A stretch of 64,000 nt of DNA from positions 4,544,001 through 4,608,000 of the forward strand of contig JASGHG010000001.1 of the NCBI GenBank assembly GCA_047602425.1, given 5' to 3'. The stretch's first letter is position 1. Each line of letters starts with the position of its first letter. A program made the translations under genes and the position numbers. The notes beneath the pieces are model-generated. The model saw only the letters and a list, made by a program, of their open reading frames with translations, did no database searches and had not been told where the DNA came from. Positions 41,171-51,574 of the stretch are shown piece after piece. The DNA is from Nibricoccus sp. (GTDB taxonomy: Bacteria > Verrucomicrobiota > Verrucomicrobiia > Opitutales > Opitutaceae).

Positions 41171-43333
41171 TCAGCGCGACGTTTTCGCTGCCACGGGTTG
41201 GCTCGGTCCGAGGGTGCGGGCGAGGGCGATGGCGAGGGAAGCGGTGGTGAAAGGTTTGGTCAGAAAATCGTGGAAACCTTCGGCGCGAGCCCGCGTAGCG
41301 TCCATTTGGGCGCCAAAGCCTGCAACTAGAATTACGGGCAGGTCGGGGCGGGTTTTCCACAACGCCCGGGCAAGATCGAGGCCGGTCAACCGAGGCATCA
41401 GGTAGTCGACGATGACGGCGGCAAACGCCTGGGGGTCGCGCTCGAAGAGGTCGCGCGCCTGATTGGGATCGGTAATGGCGGTGGCGCGGTAGTTGAGTTT
41501 TTCAACCAACTGCGCGCACGTCCGGGCGACGCTGGGTTCGTCATCGACGATGAGCAAGGCTTGTCCCTTTCCGTTGGGTTTGGCGGACTCGTGGGCGGCT
41601 GAGCCTGACTTGGCGCGCTCGTCTGAAACGGGGAAGAAAAGGGAAAATGTAGTTCCTTTGCCAGGTGTGCTCTCGACCTGGATGGTTCCTTCGTGCGATT
41701 GCACGATGCCGTGCACGACCGCGAGGCCGAGGCCAGTGCCTTCGCCCGCGGCCTTGGTGGTAAAAAATGGTTCGAAAATATGTTCGATGACCGATGGATC
41801 CATGCCGGAACCGGTATCGGTGACGCGAAGGCGCACATAAGGGCCGGGATTCAGCGCAATCGGCCGCGAGCCGGTCGGACCCACGTCGATGTCGATCGGG
41901 TCGAGCGCGACGGTGATGCTGCCGCCCTTCGGGGCCATGGCGTGGGCGGCATTGGTGCAGAGATTGAGGAGCACTTGCTGAATCTGTCCTTCGTTGACGC
42001 TGACCAAACGGTCGCAGTTGAGGGCGGGATGGATCTTGTTGTGCTTGCCGATGGCGGAGCGCACGAGCCGCAGGGAGTCTTCGACCACCTTGGAAAACAC
42101 CATCGACTGACGCTCGATCGGTTGGCGGCGGCTGAAGGTTAGAATTTGCGCGATGATGTCGCGCGCGCGCTGGCCGGCATTCTCGATCTCGGCAATGTCG
42201 GTCAGACAGGCGGAAGAACCGGGCATGCGGCCCAGTTCGAGACGGAGCAAGTCGGCGTGGCCGAGGATGGCCGTGAGGATGTTGTTAAAGTCATGCGCTA
42301 TGCCGCCGGCGAGGTTGCCCAACGCCTCCATTTTTTGGGACCGGAAGAGTTGTTGCTCCAAAAGTTGGCGCCGATTTTCGGTTTCCTTGCGGGCGGTGAT
42401 GTCCTGCACGATCCCGATCCAGCGGTCGGCCTGGCTGGAAGCGCCGGGCAGAAGGCCGCCGCGGAGAAGAAGCTGCTTGGCTTTAGTCTGCCCGGGGCAG
42501 TTGTAGCGGATTTCCAATTCGAAGGTTTTTTCCTTCGATTTCGAAAGCGAATCAAGCACGCCACTGGCGCGGGCGCGATCGTCGGGAGCCACGTTTTGCA
42601 CGAAGTCCGAAAATTTTGCCGGCCCTCCGGCGCCGGGATAACCGAGAAGCGTGCGGGCTTCGTCCGTCCAGTGAACTCCCGCGGAATTGCTTTCCCAACA
42701 GCCAATGCCGCCGGCGTTTTGTGCCATACGGAGTAGTTCGTCGGCACGGCGGTGCTGGTCGATCTCGGCCTCGAGACGGTGGACGGTGTTGACGAGCTTC
42801 TCGTTGAGCGTCCGGACCGATTCCTCGGAGGCGGAAAGGGCGGTGTTGGCGCGGGAGAGTTCGTGCAATTTATCCTCCAGCTTGACCAAGACCATGCGGG
42901 TGTATTCCTGCAACTGTCCGGCGACGAGTTGGGATTGGGTGGCGGTGCGGTTTGGTTTCTTGCCGACTTCAGCGAGGACCTCGTCGACGATCCCGAGCAG
43001 TCGGTCGGGTTCGATGGGTTTGATCACGAAGCGATCGGCGCCAATCGAAAGGGCAAAACGCTCATCGCTTTCCGCGGTGTAAGTGGCGGTGTAGAGGATA
43101 AACGGGAGGGTTTTCAGCCGGGGATCGCGTCGAATCTCGGTGCAAAGTTCAAAACCATCCATCACCGGCATGAGGGCGTCGGAAACAATGATGTCGGGAA
43201 GGCCGCGGTCGTGGCAGAGCGCGAGTCCATCCCGGCCATTCGTGGCGGACCAGACTTCGTGGCCTCGTGCGGCGAAATACTGCTCAAGCAGGTAGAGGCT
43301 GTTGGGATTGTCTTCGGTGACGAGGATTTTCAT
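41171..43333 (-). CDS. Hybrid histidine kinase (REC-PAS-HisKA-HATPase-REC)
   Basis: TEDN/SDALMP, QKMEALGNLAGGIAHDFNN, FEPFFTTK, GTGLGL, VDDE/VDYLMP/KPF. Confidence 0.93.
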   Translation of the reverse strand: MKILVTEDNPNSLYLLEQYFAARGHEVWSATNGRDGLALCHDRGLPDIIVSDALMPVMDGFELCTEIRRDPRLKTLPFILYTATYTAESDERFALSIGADRFVIKPIEPDRLLGIVDEVLAEVGKKPNRTATQSQLVAGQLQEYTRMVLVKLEDKLHELSRANTALSASEESVRTLNEKLVNTVHRLEAEIDQHRRADELLRMAQNAGGIGCWESNSAGVHWTDEARTLLGYPGAGGPAKFSDFVQNVAPDDRARASGVLDSLSKSKEKTFELEIRYNCPGQTKAKQLLLRGGLLPGASSQADRWIGIVQDITARKETENRRQLLEQQLFRSQKMEALGNLAGGIAHDFNNILTAILGHADLLRLELGRMPGSSACLTDIAEIENAGQRARDIIAQILTFSRRQPIERQSMVFSKVVEDSLRLVRSAIGKHNKIHPALNCDRLVSVNEGQIQQVLLNLCTNAAHAMAPKGGSITVALDPIDIDVGPTGSRPIALNPGPYVRLRVTDTGSGMDPSVIEHIFEPFFTTKAAGEGTGLGLAVVHGIVQSHEGTIQVESTPGKGTTFSLFFPVSDERAKSGSAAHESAKPNGKGQALLIVDDEPSVARTCAQLVEKLNYRATAITDPNQARDLFERDPQAFAAVIVDYLMPRLTGLDLARALWKTRPDLPVILVAGFGAQMDATRARAEGFHDFLTKPFTTASLAIALARTLGPSQPVAAKTSR

Positions 43334-43716
43334 GGGGCGGGCTCCAGCTTGGCGGGCAGAAGACGAACCACACGATTGATGAAATCGTCGGGTTCGAAGG
43401 GTTTTTCAAGATAGTCGGCGACTCCAAGGGCCAGCGCGCGCTGCCTGTCGCCAGATTGGGCATACGATGTGACGACGAGAATGGGAACTTTCGTCGTGGC
43501 CGGTTGAGCGCGCAAGCGGGTGGCAACCTCATAGCCGTCCATCTCGGGCATTTGAATGTCGAGCACGACGAGATCGGGCGGCGAGTTTTCCGCCGAGGCG
43601 AGTCCACGGGCCCCGTCGCCGGCGTGGCGGACTTCGCAGCCGATCTTATCGAGCAGAAAGGTGGCGAGCAGACGGTTGGCCTCATTGTCTTCGATCAGGA
43701 GTACGCGGGGTTTCAT
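43330..43716 (-). CDS. Single-domain response regulator (DivK/CheY-like)
   Basis: Start ATG 43716 with ATGA overlaps on both sides; IEDN, LDIQMPEMDG, KPF. Confidence 0.92.
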   Translation of the reverse strand: MKPRVLLIEDNEANRLLATFLLDKIGCEVRHAGDGARGLASAENSPPDLVVLDIQMPEMDGYEVATRLRAQPATTKVPILVVTSYAQSGDRQRALALGVADYLEKPFEPDDFINRVVRLLPAKLEPAP

Positions 43717-46700
43717 CGTGAAAGGGTGTGATTTTCCCAAAGGGAAGGCGTGCCGCCGGAATCGGCCTGGGACGGCACCATGAAGGGGAGTGTGACGGTA
43801 AAAACGGAGCCGCGGCCGAACTCACTCGTGGCGTCGACGGTGCCACCGAGGAGCTTGAGAAGTTTTCGCACGAGAAAGAGGCCGAGACCGGTACCTTCAT
43901 AAACGCGACGAGCCGAACCATCGACTTGGCGAAATGCTTCGAAAAGGCGCGCGATGTTTTCTGGCCGAATGCCGATGCCCGTATCGTGTACGGCGAGCCG
44001 CAGGAAGTCGCCTTCGGCCTGGACAACGATGCGCACGCCGCCTTTTTCGGTGAACTTCACGGCATTGTTGGCGAGGTTGAGAATGACTTGGTAGAGACGT
44101 TTGCGATCGGTGACGACGGCCGGAAGGTTGGGCGCGGCTTCGGTGGAGTAGGTGAGATGTTTGGCGGCGACCATCGGGGCGAGGGTGCGTTCGACGTCTT
44201 GCAGGACCTCGCCGATGTTGACTTGTTCGGGAAAGAGTTCGACGCGGCCGGCCTCGATGCGGGAAACGTCGAGCAGATCGTTGATCAAGCCGAGCAGGTG
44301 ACGCGCAGAGCCATGAATCATTTCGAGTTGCTTGAGTTGCTCGGGGTTAACCGAACCGGCCATGCCCTGCTTGAGAATCGAGCTGAAACCGATGATCGAG
44401 TTGAGCGGAGTGCGGAGCTCGTGGCTCATCGTGGCGAGAAATTCGCTCTTGAGCCGGTCGAGTTCCTTGAGTTTTGCGTTCGCGAGTTCGAGTTCGCGGG
44501 TGCGATCGGCGACGCGGATTTCCAAACTTTCGTTGAGCGCGCGAATCTCGCGTTCGGCGCGCTGGCGATCCGTGATGTCGACTTGGGAAATCAGCATCGT
44601 CGCGACCTCCTCGATTTTGACCAAAGTGATTGAGAGGAGGAAGACGCCGATTTGTCCGTCGGCGCGGAGTAGATTGACTTCGCGGTCGTGGATTTCGCCG
44701 GTCTGGTCGAGTTCGCGCAAAACCTGCCCGCGCATTTCGGGATTGGGCCAAATGCCGAGTTCGATGGCGGTTCGCCCGGTGGCCGATTGGCGGCTGATGC
44801 CGTAGGTTTGCTCCCAGCGGTCGTTGACGTCGATGAGACAACCGTCGATGAGGCGCACAATCGCCTGCGGGGTCGGCGCGCGGTGAAAAGCTTTTTGGAA
44901 ACGTTCTTCGGATTCGCGGAAAAGGCGCTCGGCGCTGGCGCGCTCGGTCACGTCGAGCACGAGCGAAGAAACGCTCGCGACCTTCCCCTCGGCGTCTGCG
45001 ACGACCGTGCTGTACCATTCACATTCGATGGTGCGGCCGTCGCGCGTGATATTTTGGTTGGAATAACGCGCACCGGTGCGGCTGTGGAGAAGACCGCGCC
45101 AGGATTCCGCGACTCCGGCGCGTTCGTGTTCGGGAATGAGAAACGCCGCGTGTTTTCCGAGCGCCTCGGCGGCGGACCAGCCAAAAATGAGTTCGGCCGC
45201 AGGATTCCAAGCGGCGACGCAAAAATCCGGTGTCCAATCGATCACGCCGAGCGGCGTATTTTCCAGATGCAGGCTGAGGCGGCGTTGGCTGGAGCGAAGC
45301 GCCTCCTCGGCGCGACGTTGTTCGGTGACATCGAAGCTCGCGCAGACCACGCCGGTGGTTTTGCCGTCGGCAAGCACTGGCGCGAAGACGACGTGGGAAA
45401 AAACGATGTTGCCATTCTGCTGGCCCACGAGATCGCGCTGCACCACTTGTCCGACCAGCACGCGATTGAAATTTTCCGCGAGCGGCAGCGAGGCCGCTTC
45501 GGCGGAGGAGGCAGGATCGAGCTTGCGGCCGAGCAGGTCGCCGAGGCGGCGTTGAGCCGCGGGATTTTGCAACCGGCAGACACCGCTCTTGTCGAAAACA
45601 AGAAGCTCAAAGGGAACGTGCGAGACGACGGCATCGAGCAAGGCTTCGCGCTCGGCCCGCTTGGCCATTTCGCTTTGTAGGGATACATTGGTTGAGGCGA
45701 GTTCGCGCTGTCGGTCAGAGATGGCCTTTACCATTTCCTGAAACGCTCCGCCCAGGTCCAGGAGTTCGCGCGGCGCGGAACGCAACGCCAGTTCGGGTTG
45801 CGCGCCGCCGGCGAGGCCGCGCACCGCTGCACGCAATTGCTCGACCGGACGCGCCATGTAGCGTGCGAAAAGTACGCTGCCCAGTGCGCCGATACCCATG
45901 GCGGCGATGCTCACGCCAAAGATGAGCCACTTCTGGCCACGATAGTACGCCGCTGCCGCGCGTCCGCTGTCAGAGAGCGTGAAGACCGTCCAGCGAGGTT
46001 GTGACGGCGGTAAATCCTGATATTTACCGATCCAATTGGCACCGGCATTTGGCAGCAAGAGGGGAGCCTGGCTTTTCATCCACTCGTCTGAGGTGGACGG
46101 AGCTACCTCGCCCCGGCCGGCGTTCTCGCTCTGGGGATGAGCGAGCAACCATTGCTGCTTCGAACGACGGTTTTCGACGATGAAACTTTCCGCGCCGGTT
46201 TCATAACGCAGCTGGCGCAAAAATTCGCCTAACGCGTCGGTGTCGAAGTCGGCGTCCCAGACGCCATCCAGTTCACCCGAAGGCGCGAAGACCGGCAGAA
46301 TGTAGGTGATGCCTTGAACCGGTTTTCGGCCCTCGTAATCGGTAAAGGCATAAGCTTCCGTCCAGCCCGGTTTGCGGGTGGCAACAGCTTGCTGAAAAAA
46401 GGGCCGGGTGCGCGGGTCATAACCGTCCCAAGGCGTTTCGTCCACGAGGTAAAACCGTCCGGACTGGTAACGGTAGATGCGAAGAACGCGTTTGCCGCCG
46501 GGTTCGTCCACGTAGGCCATCCATTCCATCAAGCCATCGGTTCGGCGATGCAGAAAAGCAGCCTCGCCGGTCGCAGCCAGCGAGTAGCCGAGGTAGTTGA
46601 GTTCCGGCCGTTGCTCGAACGCCGGGACAAGTCGGATGAACAGGGCTTCCCATTCGGCGGAGGTCTTCGATTTGCCGCCCATCGCCCGCACCGCGGATTC

Positions 46701-46925
46701 AGCGGTCATCTCCGCTGAACGCAGTAACTGCTCCACACGATACACGACGCGTCTTGAGACTTCCTCCAATTCCGTCTGGGCAACGCTGCGCGCGGCGAGA
46801 CGCGACTGGCCGTAAACGACGATGGTCATGGCACACGCCACACCCACGACCAGCACCAGCGTACCCGCCAGCAACCATGTTCGGATGGACCGTCTGTGGA
46901 GCTTTTTTCGGAAGACTCGGAACAC
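43713..46925 (-). CDS. Sensor histidine kinase (Cache-HAMP-multiple PAS-HisKA-HATPase)
   Basis: TM, YDPRTRPFF...WTEAY (Cache-like), TM, WNPAAELIFGW, MSHELRTPLN, GTGLGL. Confidence 0.92.
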   Translation of the reverse strand: MFRVFRKKLHRRSIRTWLLAGTLVLVVGVACAMTIVVYGQSRLAARSVAQTELEEVSRRVVYRVEQLLRSAEMTAESAVRAMGGKSKTSAEWEALFIRLVPAFEQRPELNYLGYSLAATGEAAFLHRRTDGLMEWMAYVDEPGGKRVLRIYRYQSGRFYLVDETPWDGYDPRTRPFFQQAVATRKPGWTEAYAFTDYEGRKPVQGITYILPVFAPSGELDGVWDADFDTDALGEFLRQLRYETGAESFIVENRRSKQQWLLAHPQSENAGRGEVAPSTSDEWMKSQAPLLLPNAGANWIGKYQDLPPSQPRWTVFTLSDSGRAAAAYYRGQKWLIFGVSIAAMGIGALGSVLFARYMARPVEQLRAAVRGLAGGAQPELALRSAPRELLDLGGAFQEMVKAISDRQRELASTNVSLQSEMAKRAEREALLDAVVSHVPFELLVFDKSGVCRLQNPAAQRRLGDLLGRKLDPASSAEAASLPLAENFNRVLVGQVVQRDLVGQQNGNIVFSHVVFAPVLADGKTTGVVCASFDVTEQRRAEEALRSSQRRLSLHLENTPLGVIDWTPDFCVAAWNPAAELIFGWSAAEALGKHAAFLIPEHERAGVAESWRGLLHSRTGARYSNQNITRDGRTIECEWYSTVVADAEGKVASVSSLVLDVTERASAERLFRESEERFQKAFHRAPTPQAIVRLIDGCLIDVNDRWEQTYGISRQSATGRTAIELGIWPNPEMRGQVLRELDQTGEIHDREVNLLRADGQIGVFLLSITLVKIEEVATMLISQVDITDRQRAEREIRALNESLEIRVADRTRELELANAKLKELDRLKSEFLATMSHELRTPLNSIIGFSSILKQGMAGSVNPEQLKQLEMIHGSARHLLGLINDLLDVSRIEAGRVELFPEQVNIGEVLQDVERTLAPMVAAKHLTYSTEAAPNLPAVVTDRKRLYQVILNLANNAVKFTEKGGVRIVVQAEGDFLRLAVHDTGIGIRPENIARLFEAFRQVDGSARRVYEGTGLGLFLVRKLLKLLGGTVDATSEFGRGSVFTVTLPFMVPSQADSGGTPSLWENHTLSR

Positions 46926-47099
46926 GACGCTTTGAGCAATATCCGAAAACGTCTTGGGAGCCAGTCTTTAGTTAGCGGAAGGAATGCCGACGGCGTGCCG
47001 TATGGCCTCGTTCTCTGCAATACCTAGGTGGCAAAAAATCGTGTCCGTTGCCCTGAGCACACTTGAAATGCGACGGATTTTTTGCGCCCATCTTGGCCC

Positions 47100-48764
47100 A
47101 TGCTCCAGTCCCTCCGCATCAAAAACCTGGCGTTACTCGAAGAGGTCGCGCTCGACTTCGAAGCGGGCTTCACCGCGGTCACAGGCGAGACTGGCGCGGG
47201 CAAGAGTATTTTGCTCGGGGCCTTGAGTCTTCTGGCAGGTGAACGGGCCGACAAAACCATTATCCGCCAAGGTGCTGCGGCGTGCGAAGTTGAGGCCTCG
47301 CTGTATTTTAAAAACACAAAAAAGGTCGACGCGTTACTGGCCGAACTCGACCTGCCTGTGTGCGAAGACGGCGTGCTGATTTTGAAACGCAGCCTGCCAC
47401 GCGAAAAGGCCCCGAAGCTCACCGTGAATGGCGGTCTCGCCACCTTGGCTGCGCTGCAACGGCTCGGCGAAGCCTGGATCGATTTTCACGGACCAAGCGA
47501 ACCGCGGCGCCTGCTCAAGGAAAGCTGCCAGTTGGAACTGCTCGACTTGTTCGGTCGGGCCGGCGAAGCCCTCGCCGCCTACGGCCAACGCTATCGCGCC
47601 TGGCGCGAAAAACTGGCCGAGCGGGAACGCATTGCGAACGAGACGAAACTTTCGCCAGACCAAATCAGCTTCCTGGAGAATCAACTTTCGAAACTCGACG
47701 CGTTGGAATTGACCGACGAGGCCATCGAAACGTTGGAGCGCGATTTTCAACGGCAAAACAAAGCGCAAGAGCTAATCGAACTCGCCGCCGCGCTGACCAA
47801 CGGCCTGACTGGCGAAGACGGCGCCGCCGGCCGAGTCGCTGCGCTCGTCCGCGAAGCCCGCCAGCTCGAAACACTCGATGGGGCCAGCAAGGCGCTCGCC
47901 GACCGCCTCGCTTCCGCCTCGATAGAACTCGCCGACCTCGGCGCGGAATTCGAGGCGCTTGGCGGTGAATATCAGTTCGACCCCGAACAGGCCGAGCAAT
48001 TGCAGGAGCGCATGAACACCTGGCTCGAAGTGAAGCGCAAACACGGTGGCGACCTTCGCGCCGTCATCGCAGCCAAAGAGGACATGCGCCGCCGCCTCGA
48101 AGTGCAGGGCGACCTCGAAGGCACGCTCGTCAAACTTGAAAAAGAAATCGCCGACACCGAGCGCGCCGCGAAGAAAGAAGCGCAGGCCCTCCGCGCGATC
48201 CGTGAAAAAGCCTCGCGCGAACTCGCCAAGGTGGCATCGAAGAGCATCGCCCAACTTGGCTTCAAAAAAGCCGACTTCCAAATCAAGCTCGTGTCGCTTC
48301 CCGAACTCGGTCCCACCGGTGATTGCGGCTGCGAGTTTTTGTTCTCACCCAACGTCGGCGAAGCTCCGCTGCCGCTCAACCGGATCGCGTCCAGCGGCGA
48401 ACTCGCCCGTGTGATGCTCGCGCTCAAGACCGTGCTGGCCGACCTCGACGGCGTGCCCGTGCTGGTCTTCGACGAAGTCGATGCCAACGTCGGCGGCGAA
48501 ATCGGCACCGTGGTTGGCGAAAAAATGGCCTCCATCGCCAAAACGCATCAGGTCCTCTGCGTCACGCATCTTCCTCAAGTCGCCGCGCAAGGGGCGAACC
48601 ATTTGGTTGTCACCAAGGACCAATCGAAAGACCGTGCCGTCGTCACAATCGCATCGATCCACGAAAACCGCAAAGCCCGCCTCGGCGAAATCGCCCGCAT
48701 GCTCGGCGACCGCACCGCCAAGAGCGCGCTAGCGCACGCGGAGGAATTGTTGGGGAAAGGGTGA
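47100..48764 (+). CDS. recN: DNA repair protein RecN
   Basis: Start ATG 47100; TGETGAGKS, IASSGELARVMLALK, FDEVD, VTHLPQVAA. Confidence 0.95.
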   Translation: MLQSLRIKNLALLEEVALDFEAGFTAVTGETGAGKSILLGALSLLAGERADKTIIRQGAAACEVEASLYFKNTKKVDALLAELDLPVCEDGVLILKRSLPREKAPKLTVNGGLATLAALQRLGEAWIDFHGPSEPRRLLKESCQLELLDLFGRAGEALAAYGQRYRAWREKLAERERIANETKLSPDQISFLENQLSKLDALELTDEAIETLERDFQRQNKAQELIELAAALTNGLTGEDGAAGRVAALVREARQLETLDGASKALADRLASASIELADLGAEFEALGGEYQFDPEQAEQLQERMNTWLEVKRKHGGDLRAVIAAKEDMRRRLEVQGDLEGTLVKLEKEIADTERAAKKEAQALRAIREKASRELAKVASKSIAQLGFKKADFQIKLVSLPELGPTGDCGCEFLFSPNVGEAPLPLNRIASSGELARVMLALKTVLADLDGVPVLVFDEVDANVGGEIGTVVGEKMASIAKTHQVLCVTHLPQVAAQGANHLVVTKDQSKDRAVVTIASIHENRKARLGEIARMLGDRTAKSALAHAEELLGKG

Positions 48765-48827
48765 GCGATTTTTGAACTGCAGAGGTCGCGAAGGGGACGC
48801 AACGGGAAAGACTGTCCCAGCTTGGTT

Positions 48828-49295
48828 TTAGGCCACAACCACCCGTTTCTCCATTTTGAAGCGCTCGAATTCGATTCCGAAACGGATCACGTGCTCTACT
48901 TCGCGAAGCACGTAACCATGCTTTGCGAAAAAGGGGCGGCTGATCCGGCTCGCTTCCGTATGGATTAAGCTTACGCCCTGCCTAACCCCGTAACATTCTA
49001 GATGCCGATAGATTTCGGAGCCGATGCCTTTGCGGCAAAATGCTCCAGAGCAGTATAGAAAAGCGAGATGGTCGTCGGGCTCCAGTTGCCCGAAGGCGAC
49101 AATCTCTTGTTGCTCTTCGGCAACCAACGTCAACCCGCGTGATAGGCGCGCTCGGAATTCTTCGATATTGTCGGGATAAAGTGCCCAAGCATTTACTTGC
49201 TCGATGGAGTAGGCTTGGGGCGCGACCAAACGCACAGCATCTCGGTAAACTTCCGCTAACGCTTCAGCATCACATGGGGCAAATGCGCGAATCAT
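48828..49295 (-). CDS. GNAT family N-acetyltransferase
   Basis: YSIEQVNAWA, RKGIGS, EASRISRPFFAKHGY. Confidence 0.85.
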   Translation of the reverse strand: MIRAFAPCDAEALAEVYRDAVRLVAPQAYSIEQVNAWALYPDNIEEFRARLSRGLTLVAEEQQEIVAFGQLEPDDHLAFLYCSGAFCRKGIGSEIYRHLECYGVRQGVSLIHTEASRISRPFFAKHGYVLREVEHVIRFGIEFERFKMEKRVVVA

Positions 49296-49340
49296 AGGGC
49301 GAGCTGGATTTTGGGTGAGCAGAGTCGACGACTGTTCAGC

Positions 49341-50051
49341 TTATTTCCGGCGTTTTGGTTTTGTCGCGGCGCCATCGAGCTTGCCGTCGAATTTGCCGGC
49401 TTGGTCGCCGAAGAGTCTGACGAGGAAAGCGAAATAGTCGGGAGCGGCGGTTTTCAGTTTGTCGCGGCTGAAAGGTTCCTGAGCGGTCTCGCCGAAGAGA
49501 TAAGTGGTCCCTGCACACGCAAAATATTCGTTTGGATTTTGCATCATGTGGGATTTTTCGGAGAAGTTGCCGGCGATCTTTGCTTTGTCGTAGAATCGAA
49601 TGATCTCCGCATTCTGAAATCCTTGGGGCACGCGTTGGTGATGATACGCGTGCAATAATTCATGCAGCAGGACAGGTTTGTTTCCTGTGCTTACGATGCG
49701 GGAGGTAACTTTCACGGTTTTCGATCCCCGTTCGTACAAGCCCGGGGTCCCGCGTGGAATATCCTCTGCCGGGATCAGTACGAACGGCACCTCTTGGAGG
49801 AATGCTTCAATTTCCTTGGGCAGGCCAACCTCCAACACGATATCGATCTGTTGCTGGATGGCTTGGTGGATAGCTTCAAGGTCGGGGCTGGTTTGGAGCC
49901 GCGACTCATCGATGGTAAAACCCCGATACGTGATCTTCGCCGGTGCACCCCGAAGAGAGCCTGCCCCAAAAAAGAGACAAGCCGCAGCCACCGATACGCA
50001 TACCGGATTGAAAAAGAATTTGAAGACCGCGCGAAGAAACGTTGTGGGCAT
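49341..50051 (-). CDS. Secreted hypothetical protein with zinc-metallopeptidase motif; start uncertain
   Basis: Hydrophobic N-terminus; VLLHELLHAYH and downstream NPNEYFA. Confidence 0.65.
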   Translation of the reverse strand: MPTTFLRAVFKFFFNPVCVSVAAACLFFGAGSLRGAPAKITYRGFTIDESRLQTSPDLEAIHQAIQQQIDIVLEVGLPKEIEAFLQEVPFVLIPAEDIPRGTPGLYERGSKTVKVTSRIVSTGNKPVLLHELLHAYHHQRVPQGFQNAEIIRFYDKAKIAGNFSEKSHMMQNPNEYFACAGTTYLFGETAQEPFSRDKLKTAAPDYFAFLVRLFGDQAGKFDGKLDGAATKPKRRK

Positions 50052-50087
50052 TTGGGATGGTTCGTTAGATACCAATGCAGGCGTGTA

Positions 50088-50813
50088 TCAATGCACAGCA
50101 TTATTAGGGATAGCGAGTGCTTCATTCAAATCTCCGAAGCGGTAGCCTCGGCGTTTGAGCATCGGAATCAGTCGGTCGAGCACTGCGGCTGTTCTGACTT
50201 TGCGATCTTTCCCGTCGTGAAGGATGATGATGCCGCCGTTGAGACTCAGCCACGAGGCAAGGCGGACGATGATGGCTGTATTTTCGAAATGGGCGTCGAA
50301 CGGATAGACAGAGCCAAGAACGGCCTGCATGCCGTTCGAATTGGCGTAGGCGACTTGCTGCTTGGTGGCATACCCGGAAGGTGGACGAAAGAAACGAACT
50401 TCGCTGTGGGGACGGAGCGCCGCGGTGCATCGATCAAAGTCACGTACGAAGTCCTCGTGCGACAGTTTCCAACCTGCACGCGATGTGGCCATGTGATTTC
50501 CGACGGAATGACCAGCCTTTAGAATCGCATCGATTTGTTCCGGTGCGCGAATTCTTCCAGAAATAATGAAGAACGTCGCCCGCACGTTGTGGCGTTTCAG
50601 CGCATCCAAAATCGCCGGTGTGCCTTCTGTTGGCGCATCGTCGATGGTGAGGAAGACGACCTTATCCTTCGTCGGAATACGGAAAATGATATCGGACCTC
50701 CAGACCGAGAGAAAGCGTGGCACCGCGAAGGGAAAGATCGCTAGGCTGACAATGATCGTTGTTACCGCGATCATTGCAAAACGAAGGAAGCGCCTTCTAC
50801 TCTTCGAGGACAT
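50088..50813 (-). CDS. Polysaccharide deacetylase (NodB/CE4)
   Basis: LTIDDAP, ATFF, GNH...., FFRPPSG, IIILHD. Confidence 0.88.
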   Translation of the reverse strand: MSSKSRRRFLRFAMIAVTTIIVSLAIFPFAVPRFLSVWRSDIIFRIPTKDKVVFLTIDDAPTEGTPAILDALKRHNVRATFFIISGRIRAPEQIDAILKAGHSVGNHMATSRAGWKLSHEDFVRDFDRCTAALRPHSEVRFFRPPSGYATKQQVAYANSNGMQAVLGSVYPFDAHFENTAIIVRLASWLSLNGGIIILHDGKDRKVRTAAVLDRLIPMLKRRGYRFGDLNEALAIPNNAVH

Positions 50814-50862
50814 CTCAAACGACGCTCCAGATCTAGTTCTGACCTAGCTCAAGTGCGGTTTA

Positions 50863-51324
50863 TCACGCTTTTCCGTCAGGGGAAGGGGAAGGTTGGGTGG
50901 CCGAGCCATATCGGGCGCGATAGGCTTCGCGGCGGAACCACCAAGTGACGAGGAAGGGAAGGGCGAGGACGGCAATGGCCAAAACCATGAGATAGGGGGC
51001 ATTGGGACGGTCCAAAATCGCAAGCTTGGCAAAGAAAAGCCAACCCAGCGCGAACCACCAAAGCGCGGTACCGACAACGAACGCATAGATACGGCCAACT
51101 TGTGGCCAGCAGATGGGCAACTTTTCGAGAACGCCATACGACTGGGAATGAAAGACCAGAACGTTCACGTCGTTTGCCTGCACGCGCACGAAACGAAACG
51201 AGCGGAGCGGAATCAACGGCACATAGGCCGCGGTAAGCCATTCGGTGGTGACAAAGCTTCCGTCGGGACGGCGGTCGGCTTCTCCATAAAATTTTGTGCC
51301 AAAGCCATTGTAAGTGAAGGCCAT
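50863..51324 (-). CDS. Hypothetical membrane protein
   Basis: Start ATG 51324 (MAFTYNGFGTKFYG); TEW....VPLIPLRSFR; two C-terminal TM segments. Confidence 0.7.
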   Translation of the reverse strand: MAFTYNGFGTKFYGEADRRPDGSFVTTEWLTAAYVPLIPLRSFRFVRVQANDVNVLVFHSQSYGVLEKLPICWPQVGRIYAFVVGTALWWFALGWLFFAKLAILDRPNAPYLMVLAIAVLALPFLVTWWFRREAYRARYGSATQPSPSPDGKA

Positions 51325-51574
51325 GATGTTCTCGATTGTTTGGGTTGAAGCGGACGTGGAACGTGAGGAATGCCTTGTTATCCGAGGGCTGAGGGAAAGC
51401 AGACGATCTTCCGCACGAGGGGTTGAAGCACAGAAACCTTGCCGAACCGGGCGAAAGGAGTCGAGCACATTGCGGACGGAGCCCGGGATGCAGGCGTGTC
51501 GGGACCAAATTAGACGGCCCTTGATGCCATTCAATGAGCCGCGAACGCCGTGCTCCCGCTTTGAAGCCGAAACG

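Noticed and set aside
38391..47000. Genomic island integrated at tRNA-Val
   Set aside because: No integrase and no duplicated tRNA 3' end noticed downstream within the window.
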